This document shows, piece after piece, positions 35,293-45,950 of a stretch of 64,000 nt of DNA. The position numbers and the translations under genes are program-made. The stretch covers positions 5,766,001 through 5,830,000 of the forward strand of contig OZ038378.1 in NCBI GenBank assembly GCA_964036045.1, given 5' to 3'. This DNA comes from Eutreptiella sp. 'Long Island Sound 2002' (lineage: Eukaryota > Protista > Euglenida). Position 1 is the stretch's first letter; each line of letters starts with the position of its first letter. The notes beneath the pieces were generated by a model, which was given only the letters and a program-made list of their open reading frames with translations, was not told the DNA's origin and ran no database searches.

Positions 35293-38160
35293 CTACGTCG
35301 CATGCACAGCGATCTCACAGCCCCCCCCGGACACGTCCCACATCACGTCCTGGTGGTCGACCAGCTGCATGGTGACGGTCAGCTGGTAGTGGCCCTCCTC
35401 TGGGAACAGCACCACGCACAGAGCGCTCATGAATTCCTGCGTCAGCGGCACCTGCTGCGTATACTGCTTGCTGTAGCGACCTCTGTCCGGTTGGTCTCCT
35501 CCCAATCCCCGGTCGTCCGGCACCCGGGCCAAAAACGTGTTGAGCACGTGAATGCGCACGCTCTTGACAGGCCGCAGGCGCTCGCACGTGCGGTGCATCA
35601 CCATCCCCTCGAACGCAAACACAAGCGCCGTCTTCGCAGTGGTGGTCACCGGATTGCCCGTGGGCGTGACGGATAGAGTAAGGGACGTGTTGGGATGCAC
35701 AGCGAAGAAGTACGGTGGCAGCGCACGGGGCATCTGCGCGACGACCTGCGCAACTTTCTGCATGACGTCTGCGCGGCGGCGGGCAGGGGAGGCCTGCAGC
35801 AGCCCCAGAAGTGCACTCAGCTCATCCGCTTGCGGCACTGGGAGGGCGTTGCGCGGAAGTGCCGGCTCGGCCTCGGGGTCGGCGAGCACCATTTTCACAG
35901 CGTTGTGAAGGAAATCGCAGAGAGTGGCCTCGCTGGTCAAGAATGCGAGGCTGCAGGCGTCGATATCGATGAACGAGGTGGCCAGCGCCGTCCATCCCTG
36001 CGCCACCGACTGGAACTCCTGCGCGACGCGCCCCAGCGTGTGCGCGTCGGGCCCTCCGCCCGCATCGCATGGCGCCTGCAGCGCAACGCAGAGCATTGCA
36101 AACGCCTGCACCATCGCGCGCCGCTGCGTCAGGAACTCAACCTGGAACGCCGCTCTCCCAAACTTACCACCGGCAATGCGGAGGTTGATGGCAGACCGCA
36201 TCGTGCCCGCGACGGCGAGCGTGCGCATGCGCATCGTCGCATCGCTCAGGGTCTTGACTATCGAGCTGGTGGTTTGGGGGAACGTTGGGGGCAGCGCCGC
36301 CGGTGGTGCGATCAAGGGTCGGGCCCGCAGGGCGATCTCGCACCGGCACAGCAAGAGCAGTGTCTGCAGCCATGCATGCGCCTCCTCGCTGTCCACGAGG
36401 GGCACAATCCCGGCGAGCGCGAAATGTGCCGCGCCGTACCAGCCGTGTAGTACAGCGGCCCTGGCAGCCACGTACGTTGGCCACCACTGATGGTCCTGCA
36501 GCAGCCCCTGCAGCGCCCCATGGATCTGCTGTCCACAGGGCGGCGACGCACCGCTTGAGCCTGGACTGGCAGTACTTTCCCACGAATCCTCAGCCTGAGG
36601 GCTGACGGTGAAGATGATGTCCCACCCCGCCGCCCATACTGCCTCGTCCCACTGCAGCTGCAGGCACTGCCACACCTGCTGCACGACCCTCCGCGCGGTC
36701 TCTGCGTCGGCCGCGGGTGCTCCGTGCCGGGGCGCATGCAGTTTGGCGATACACTGCAACAAAAGGCATCGGCGCACGCGGCAAACCGGAAGCGTCAGAA
36801 GCTGCAGCAGGTGGCTGTGTCCTGCGGCTGCCTGGCCCAGTTGGAGCCGCATGAACTGCAGCAACACTTGCAGCAGCCGCAGGAATACGCTGTGATGCGG
36901 AGGAGGCCGCGCGCCTGTGGCAAGATGTGGAACCGCACGCTTCGTGTTGGGTGGGGCGGTGGCGCACGCGCAAGGAAGCACGCACTGCCGATGGAGTGCG
37001 GCGGCCGCAGTGGACATACACAGGGGCAAGACGTCAGCATCCGGGGTGGTGCCAAGCTGGCAGCTGCATTGGAGGTAGGCGTGTAGGATGTGCAAGGCAA
37101 CCACCACCAAATGACTGCAAGGATGCCACAAGAAAGTCTTGGCCGCACTGATGACGTCGTGCAACGGCTCCTTGCTGCCACGCGTGCCGCGAGGTTGTCC
37201 CATGAAGGCAATTATGTATTGGTGCATGAGATGTAGGATGACAAATTGCACGTGGGGGTGGCTAGTGTCTTCCAAACGCCGCAATAAGGCTTGCAACAGG
37301 CCCGCCCAAAGGGTTGGGAGGCCTTGTAGACGCGGTGTACGCACCACCCAAAGGAGCCCGCGTAAGGCTGCAAGATTAACGGCAGTCCGGCTGTCCTTGT
37401 CCACAAAATGCACCAATGCTTCCACCATGTGTAGCCGGGTCGCACCATCGGAACAGTGGACTGCCACATGTGCAATGAGGTTCAAGGATTCGCACACAAA
37501 TGAACTTGCAGGATTTGAGGCCATGAGGGCACCAAGTGTTGCAAAGACATTGTTGCGCAACAACTCCTTTGCGTCACAGTGCTGAATCCACTGCAAAAAT
37601 TTGAGCTTCGTCCCGTGGTCCACACTTATGTCCTTAATCTTCTCCCAACACAACGGGACCAAACTGCCAAAGATTTGATTATCCACCTTGTTTATCTCCA
37701 TCAAAGCACCGAGCAAGCCACAACGCTCTAGATCATCCGTCCCCGATGACATCAACGTTTGCCTTGCCTTCGTTTGCAAGTCCACTTCGATCTTCTGCTC
37801 GGCCACCACCGTGGGCATTGTGCCAATCAGCCTCCACGTGAGTGTTCGCGCTAGGATGTTGTTGGACTCTAGCACTTGCACAGCTCGTTTCAAGAGTTCC
37901 GCGCGGTCTTTGACGACTGGAATCAATGAACTACAAGTAGTAAAGAGCCACAAAACCCAAACTCTCGTGTGGTTTGTGTCATCGGCGCGGAATACTTCCG
38001 CAAAGTGCAAGAAAATCTTATTCAGAATTTTCGGAGATGCGTTGTTATTTAACACAGTGGCGAAGGAAACAATGGCATAGCATCGCTCTTCGATACTCGG
38101 GCTACGCGAGAGCTTGAGCAACTTGTCCAATTCTTTCACGGTGTCTTCCGCTTCGGACAT
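35293..38160 (-). CDS. INTS7: Integrator complex subunit 7 homologue (955 aa, intronless)
   Basis: Uninterrupted 2868-nt ORF. The N-terminal helical repeats (ELDK...IEERCYAIVSF...FLHFAEVFR...LESNNILARTLTWRLIGTM...KLKFL...DKDSRTAV) and the C-terminal beta domain (PPYFF...SLTLSVTP...FEGMVMH...VKSVRI...LVDHQDVMW) are collinear with INTS7 as I recall it. Confidence 0.85.
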   Translation of the reverse strand: MSEAEDTVKELDKLLKLSRSPSIEERCYAIVSFATVLNNNASPKILNKIFLHFAEVFRADDTNHTRVWVLWLFTTCSSLIPVVKDRAELLKRAVQVLESNNILARTLTWRLIGTMPTVVAEQKIEVDLQTKARQTLMSSGTDDLERCGLLGALMEINKVDNQIFGSLVPLCWEKIKDISVDHGTKLKFLQWIQHCDAKELLRNNVFATLGALMASNPASSFVCESLNLIAHVAVHCSDGATRLHMVEALVHFVDKDSRTAVNLAALRGLLWVVRTPRLQGLPTLWAGLLQALLRRLEDTSHPHVQFVILHLMHQYIIAFMGQPRGTRGSKEPLHDVISAAKTFLWHPCSHLVVVALHILHAYLQCSCQLGTTPDADVLPLCMSTAAAALHRQCVLPCACATAPPNTKRAVPHLATGARPPPHHSVFLRLLQVLLQFMRLQLGQAAAGHSHLLQLLTLPVCRVRRCLLLQCIAKLHAPRHGAPAADAETARRVVQQVWQCLQLQWDEAVWAAGWDIIFTVSPQAEDSWESTASPGSSGASPPCGQQIHGALQGLLQDHQWWPTYVAARAAVLHGWYGAAHFALAGIVPLVDSEEAHAWLQTLLLLCRCEIALRARPLIAPPAALPPTFPQTTSSIVKTLSDATMRMRTLAVAGTMRSAINLRIAGGKFGRAAFQVEFLTQRRAMVQAFAMLCVALQAPCDAGGGPDAHTLGRVAQEFQSVAQGWTALATSFIDIDACSLAFLTSEATLCDFLHNAVKMVLADPEAEPALPRNALPVPQADELSALLGLLQASPARRRADVMQKVAQVVAQMPRALPPYFFAVHPNTSLTLSVTPTGNPVTTTAKTALVFAFEGMVMHRTCERLRPVKSVRIHVLNTFLARVPDDRGLGGDQPDRGRYSKQYTQQVPLTQEFMSALCVVLFPEEGHYQLTVTMQLVDHQDVMWDVSGGGCEIAVHAT

Positions 38161-39714
38161 GGAGAGGTATCACATGGGAACACTTGACATTGAACACCCA
38201 ACCCTGAGGCAAGGTGAGTGTCCCGTGAGCTCGGCAAAAGCCTGCGAAGGGGGGAAAAGGTGAAATAGACGTGCGTTTGCCTCCATGGATCCTGGACGCC
38301 ATGACGGGTGACACGTCAATTTGCGTTTGTCTTACCTTTGGTAACTGGTTCAAAGGGCTGCTTGATCGCCGGTTGGGAAGAACTTTGATGTATCGCAAAC
38401 ACCTGAAGCGTCTCTACAAGGTACAAGATCTTGAGGATCGCGAGAAAGCGAAAATTGCTCAGAGCCACAAAAACCACCTTTGCACGCAAGAAAAATTGGA
38501 TAGACGTTGACAAGCAACGCACGCCATCTATTGTGTGACACAGCAATGATAGCCAATCGACTACGAACGCACCCAAGGCAAAGAAGTTCCAAAATAGTGG
38601 TTTCCGGAATATCTTCCCCCATCGACCGATAAGCATATCAAAAGCGAACACGAGAACAGATCGTATGCCTCGGCAGCGTTTGGCACTCGGTAGCAAGCAC
38701 GAAACAAAGTGCCAAGTTACCGACACTTGGTGGCAATATGCTGGATATCGAGGACACAAGTTTGCAGACCGTGCCTATCTTCAGTCGAGATTCCTAGACC
38801 GCAAGGCCTGGTTCCGTGTAGGAAGGTGGCTCGTGCTCATATGAGTGAAGGAACTCTGATGTCTACATGCATTCAACGGGGAAAACTTATGCTCGTGCTT
38901 TTGGGGAGATCAAGAGGCAACTAAAAAGCGGTTGCAATAACAAAGCCTCGTGCACCAAAACTAGCCATCAGCCAAAGCCACGAACCTTACAATTCGAGTC
39001 TCGTGATCAAAAGCAGGGTGCAAGAGTGCAGACTTCTTCAGCCTGTTTGAACAAGAAGATAATACAGCCAATGTAGCCTTCTCCTGCACTAACTATACGC
39101 ACCACGAGTAACGGTCGCACAGAATCCCGAGCACACACAGCTCACAGGGCTCAGAGAGACCATCTGAGCAATGGAAACTCAACTTTACATGAGTGCGCAC
39201 GACGTTTCGTTGGTTGAAAAAGCAAACTACACAACTTCTGAAGAATCCGAAGAATTCGGAAGACAATGAACTTGGGCCGGGCGTTGTGTGCGCGCTCTCC
39301 TACCGCCCCAGTTGCTGTTGATTTGTCAGCTTGTACAAGGTCGCGCGTGTAGCAGTCCTGCGCTGGGATTTGGGGAACGGAGAAATTATCTTTTTATTCA
39401 TGAAGATGCGTTTTTTATATCAAGCTGATCATAATGTCTGTAGTTTTCATCGTTTCACATTAAATTTCCGCCGTCTGCTTGCTTTCTGGATGCCCGGTGA
39501 TGTTTGTCTTATATTGTGTCCTCTATGTAGAGTTACTGAAAGATTCAAGCTGAGCACTTTCAGTGCTTGTAACAGCTCCGTGGCCGCAACTTTTCAGATC
39601 TCCAAGTGAGTGATCTCCAAGTGAGAAGCCCAAGCAAGGCTACTTCGAGCCATTGAAGCCCCAATTTCACAAGTCTTACCGTCCGAGGGACGGTGTCTAC
39701 ATGTGTTGTAAGGA

Positions 39715-40239
39715 GTGTTGGAAGAGTGCATGACCCGCGTAAGCACACGCCTCGCTTCAAAGGAAGTTAGGTACATGATGTATTGTAGGCTGCGGTTAGA
39801 GCACCTTCTGGAGGAGAATGGTCGGAAGATGGCAGCGGCAAAGAGCAAGGAAAGGGATGGTAAGATATTGGCGTGCTTGTTGGATGCCTCTTTGGTCCCT
39901 AAGGACACGTCTTCTATTACGGTTGACGTTCTGAAGTGGGCCACCAAGTTGCTGCGCCGCAGACAGCCTGACGTGGCTGATTTCTTGAGGTTGAATGTCA
40001 ACCGGGACCAAGTGTTGGCACAATTGGAGGAGTGGGTGGAGGATGCGGTTGTCATGTTAAGACCCCATGCTTTTGTTGTGTATTTATGCCTTTTGCAAGG
40101 GAGGGAGGGGCGGTACTATGCGAGATTAGGGTTCATGGAGGTAGACAAGTGTGCAGAAAAGCAGAGCGCAAAATGCCCAGAAATTGGCTCTGAAGACGGA
40201 CTCAGAGAGCTAGCAGGAGGGCCCAAAACAGCCCTTTAA
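39715..40239 (+). other. Protein-like ORF of unknown origin within a block of decayed ORFs
   Basis: 174-aa open frame with ordinary globular composition (MMYCRLRLEHLLEENG...LKWATKLLRRRQPDVADFLRLN). No recognised motif and no defined splice context. Confidence 0.3.
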
Positions 40240-43200
40240 CCATAGTGGCGCAAAAATTGGGTCCTAAGGATCGCATAGCAACTTTCAGGGGGCTGTTTTG
40301 AGTTGTTAAGCCAAAGTTAGGGGAGGGGTGATTTGAGTCCACGAAAAGCAGTGTTTCCAGCCTGCACAGGGCCATCCTGCACAGGCTGAGATTTGAGGGT
40401 TGAAAATGGATTGTCTGGCCGATTCACGGTGAAGATTTGAATTGGAGGACCACGAGTAAATGGATTGAAATCGATTTGTAATTATTGGGCATCAAAAATC
40501 CGGATTTCATGTGTCAGTTTTGAGACAAACAATTGAACATGTTCCAAATGAGTGCTTCACACTAGGAATTTCTATTTTTTGGAGTTTGGGGTATGTGCAC
40601 CCGTACCCGCTTTAGCGGTGTGAATGTAGCTGAACATTTTCACATCTGTCGGGCTCACCATCACCAATGCCATGTGAAAGACCTTTCAAGCAAAGTTGGC
40701 GCACCTGCCGGCTGCAGCCAAGAACCCAAAGCGCCAAGCTCCTATCAACGATTGCACGGTAGCACAATACATTACTAAGTCTCCAAGTCCAAGTCATCTC
40801 CAAGTCATGGCGAATTCACACGGTCTTTGTTTTGACACCAAGAATGGTCTGCCCAACGACAAATGGTTCTTTGGATTTCGCTGTCGTAACAAATTAAGCG
40901 ACAAAGTCGTGGAATATCTTGTTGAAGCACGCATCCAAGCAACCCGAGAGGTCAACATTGATGAAGGGTACTAGTCTGTCAAAGCCGAAATCGATGAACA
41001 GCAAGTGACCTAGCATGTGACCTCTGCTTAAAGGCTGTTCAATATAGATGAAACCGGCCGTTCGACATATGCGATGGTGTCGCTGCACCTCGATGATATC
41101 CTCGACAACATCAAGGTTCATGCTGCGTCCTTGTGATGGCAACTGGTACTAAGGCAATTTCTGGGCCGTGGAGTGTTGGATCAGTCATATCCCGTGTAGC
41201 AGTCCAAATCTGTGTCATCACTCGGGTCGAACCACTTGGAGTAGAGCTGGTAATACTATAGCTCTTCCTATGGTGATGTGTGACACGGCTTGACCCGCGC
41301 CATGTCACGTAGCCATTCCTGACGCGTATTGGTACGCCCTTGGATCTTGGGTACCGAAATCTGCTCCATGGGGAAGAGCTTCAGGTCTTTCAAACCAATT
41401 TTTATACTCTTTTTTGAGGCATATGGAGCACTCATTTTTGAGGCTATGGGAGCACTCTTTAGGAGACATTAGAAGAGCAATTAGGCACAAGAGATTCCGT
41501 AATACCACGCAAATACAAATTGTTCTAGGAGCTTTGCTCGCCCCATGACACAATCTGGTGTCCTGAAAGAGGAAGAGAGGGCAAACAAGGCAATAACTTA
41601 GGTGAATACGCATGTAAACATACCTAAGTACCAAACCATGTGCTAAGGTTAGATTTTTAGGAAAAATCACAGTAAATCAGGGCACCACAGGCCCTGTGAC
41701 CTGAGATTCAGGTCGTCAACGACTGTCGTCGACAGGAACTTTGCTGTGGTCAACATGTCTAAGTCAGTTCTGGGTCAAACCAAGGTCAAACTAGTCAAAC
41801 AATGTCATGAACATGTTGAAAACAGGGTTAAAACTTGAAACATGGGTCTCCCCCCATGCGCCAGCCTAGAGGCCTTAGGGCATTCTGGCGCCATATGATA
41901 TTTTTTCTGAAAACCTATGGACTTATACTTAATATCCCCCATAGGGGAGGGCACGGCCGTCGCCGCAGGCCGTCTGTGGAAAATTGGCAACCTAGCGCAT
42001 TTTCATGAAAAATGCCATAAAATACACTAAAAATCCACAATAATTCATTAAAAATTGATATAAAAACAGCTTTTCTGAAGCTTTTACGTACATTCACGAC
42101 ATTTTCCGTCAAGAAAATAATGTCGTAAAAATGACGGCGACGACTGGCGCCCGCTGCCGCGCCGTTGGTTCTAATTACTTTGAAGGTTCAATGAGCCTTC
42201 AAATGTTTTAGAAACTTCAAAAACCTTAAAAAATGACTAAAATAGCTATTTCCAGGCCAAGCTGGAGCTATTTCCTGATACTACAGACTAGCTGACATCT
42301 GCACTGGAGTGTCAGCGTACTCCTGGAGCTTTCCTCGCCTCCATGGAGATACTTTTACCTATAAAAATGAACCTGCATATGAACACATGGCCACATATGC
42401 ATCATTCCCAACGTTCAGTCGAGTATAGAGACGGAAGGCTCTCAAGTGACCTTAGTCCCATAGGGCCTCCTACCATGATGGGTTGACCACTCAGAGCAAT
42501 GCCAGCTAATCTTCCTCGAGTAAAGGTAGGAGGAACCTGTGCGCCACGGGGTTTTCTGCGAAAAAGTGGCTACGAGTGCACCCGAGGACAGAGAGCGGAT
42601 CACGGTACTCGAATGTAGCAATGCTGCTGGCAAGTATGTGCTTAGATTCTTTTTGCAACCTTCAAGATTTCAGAGATGCATCCGGCAAAATATATGTTAG
42701 GGCCCCGGGCAACGGATAGACCTCTCAAGACAAGTTTCATCACCAGCTCGAGTTTGTGTTCTTCTCGTTCGCGAAGCCTTTGCTCGAAATAGGTGCATTG
42801 TGGTTCATCTATGTATGAATTGTGCGATTGGACATTTACGGAGATGGTGCATCTGCCCCAACTGATGGTCATATTAGGAGGCGTATTAAGGAGCCTATTC
42901 CGGACCAAGTAGGGGGGCTATTATTGGGCCCAACAGGAGTTATGGGGCCTATTTGCAGCAGTCCACACGTGCGCATGTCGTGTATCGCACGCACAGATGA
43001 TTTGTACTTATGATTGTTCATGCATTGCAACGCAAACAATGTGTTTTACTATTGAAATATGCCAATTACAATAGGGTATTGTTTAGTACGCATGAACAGT
43101 CATAGATCGAAATCAGCATTCATAGCATGATTTGTGCTTTGCGGTGCGCTTTAGGTGATTTTGGATGTTTTGGATATCATCAATGATTTTGGGGAATCAA

Positions 43201-45035
43201 CAAACATTTCCGCCTGTTACACTATTAGGAGACCTATTAAAGGGCCTAATAGAAGGCCTATTACAAAGCGTATTCGAGACCAAGTAGAAGACCTACTAGG
43301 AGGCCTATTACGGGGCCTATTATGGCCTTGTAGACGAAATAACTCTCTTTCTTGTCGGGCACACAACGGATGTCGGACGCGGAGCCCGCCTATTCGCGGA
43401 GAGTCGAGACATCCTTGTCTTCTTGTTTCCGCCACACCTCGCCTACTTGCTCCAACCACTAGCTCCAACCACTAGACCTCTCGGTCTTCAGTACATATCA
43501 AAAGGCATATAGAGAAGGTGTAGAAAAATTTGTAACCGGTCGCAAAGCAAAGAATTTTTCGCTCGTCGTAGCGCTCCGCAAGTGTTTCCGTGTTTATTTG
43601 CAACCCTTAGCTTCTTCGAACATGATAAATGGGTTTTTGGTAGCAGGACTCTTTTCTAGGAACCCCCCAAAGGGTCAACATGCACTTAAACAACTTAGGC
43701 CACAAGGTCTGGTGGTTAATCAAGCTAGTCAAGCAGAAACTGAGGAACATGCGGCATGCCAAGTGCGCAATCAAGATCTTACCTAGGTGTAGCAGGCCTA
43801 TTCAGAGTTCGCTACGACCAGAAGCGTTAGAGCAGCAGCAGTCCAAGGACGGCCATCGGTTTTCTAGTTCGGATGCAATATCGCAGCAGCAGTTGGTGCG
43901 GTGTATAATGCTGACGTGTAAAGTTTTGTGTGTTTGCGGTGTCCACAGGTCACATGCGCGGTCATGGCGCTTAGCGTGTGCTCACGGATCTAAATGTGGA
44001 GATACTCATATTGTTGATTGATTCATAAATGTTTTGTATGTTTTCATGATTCGAAAAGTACATTTCGTTTGTCTATGAAGGGTCCTACAGCGAAATCAGT
44101 GTGATTCGCTTTTGTGCCTGTGCATGCAGTGCTCCGCTAACCTGCGCTCAACGGGGTGCTGTTGTGGTGTTCAACTTCGCGCTACCACACCCATTTCACT
44201 AGCATGCCACGCTTCAAGCTGCCGAACAGCCACACGCCTCTTCTCGTCCTGCTCAAGTGTGCCTTGTTCAGTCCGTTGTATCGCTTCGAATCTTTTCGCC
44301 TACCGCTCACGCTGTTGAGTTGTACTGCGAATTTGTTCCTCATCGACCTCAAAACGTCGTAAAGCAGTCTGAGCTTGAACTACCTGCATGTGATTGATGC
44401 AATGTTCAACACGACACTGCTGACCCTGTTTCAAGTTCTAAATATCTTGCATGCGAAGCACCTGGTTGTTCGACATATCGGAGATAGGCTTTTGCCATTG
44501 TTGTTGACGCCTTGTAGCGAGCGTATAAACAAAAAAAAGATCACGCTGCACACTGCCATACATCAAAATACGGTTACAAACTTGATATTCTATATTATGC
44601 TGGTACTTAAGCCTCACGTCATTAATATATTCTTTTCCGCAAATATCCGGTAAGTTTTGTGATATTGCAAAAGCTAATTTTATTTTCAAACCACGGAATT
44701 TTGATGATAAAATGCATACTCCAGACCTCCTCTTGATTGGCGGCACGATATGGGCTCCCAATACTCATGTTAACTGATAAAATATCAGTCCTGTACAGAA
44801 TAGAATACCAAACAATATTCATAAACAAAAACAAACTATTAATCGGTTTGCTACACACAACCTTTGCGCTCTCTCTTACTTGTCTATTTGAGTGCGCATT
44901 TGTGAACCCGCGATCAACATGCAATTATAGTGAATGAATCAATTTCAGCACCTCTGTGCCCCAACTCATTACATTGACCTCTCGGGTGAAGAACAAAATT
45001 TTCATGAAGTGGGCAGAAAATCTAAATCTTTCGCC

Positions 45036-45950
45036 GTCCATCACCCCAACTAAAAAGGGCACATCCAGTGTGGGAGTCCATCACCCCAACTCAAAAAGGC
45101 AAATCAAGTGTGGGAGTCCATCACCCCAACTCAAGGGGGCACATCGAGTTGTGGGAGTCCATCATCCCAACTCAACGGGCCACACCAAAGCGTGGTAGTC
45201 CATCACCCCAACTCAGGGGGGCACATCAAGTGTGAGAGTCCATCACCCCAACTCAAAGATCCACATTGAAGTGTGGGAGTCCATCACCCCAACTCAAAAG
45301 GCTACACGGAAGCGTGTGAGTCCATCACCCCAACTCAAAGGGTCACATGGAAGCGTGTGAGTCCATAACCCCAACTCAAAGGGCCACATGGAAGCGTGTG
45401 AGTCCATCACCCCAACTCAAAGGGCCACATGGAAGCGTGTGAGTCCATAACCCCAACTCAAAGGGCCACACGGAAGCGTGTGAGTCCATCACCCCAACTC
45501 AAAAGGCCACACTGAAGTGTGGGAGTCCATCACCGCAACTCAAAAGGCCACACTGAAGTGTAGGAGTCCATCACCGCAACTCAAGGGGGGCACACCGAGG
45601 CGTGGGAGTCCAGGCCCACATCGAAGTGTGGGTTCATCACCCAAAGGGGCCACACCGAAGCGTGGGAGTCCATCACCCCAACTCAAGGGGCCACACCGTA
45701 GAGTGGGAGTCCATCACCCCAACTCAAAGGGCCACACCAAAGCGTGGCTATCCATCACCTCAACTCAAAGGGGCAAATCAAACTGTGGGAGTCCATCACC
45801 CCAACTCAAGGGGGCAAATCAAGTGTGGGAGTCCATCACCCCAACTGAGGCATCCACACTGAAGTGTAGGAGTCCATAACTCCAACACAAAGGGCTACAC
45901 AACTTTGTGGATTCATGAATCCCTATCCCAAACTCAAGGGGCCACAACTT
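45036..45950. repeat. Minisatellite, about 42-bp unit, about 21 copies
   Basis: The unit gtgtgggagtccatcaccccaactcaaagggccaca(c/t)(c/g)gaagc repeats head to tail with no unique spacers. Two related units lie at about 4262-4345. Confidence 0.95.

Noticed and set aside
35176-38080. Many overlapping ORFs antisense to or within INTS7, the S9 exons and the LINE
   Set aside because: These are stop-poor shadow frames of GC-rich coding sequence with no independent motifs.
45036-45950. Regularly spaced repeats resembling a CRISPR array
   Set aside because: The units are contiguous with only point variation and no unique spacers. There are no cas genes and the context is eukaryotic.
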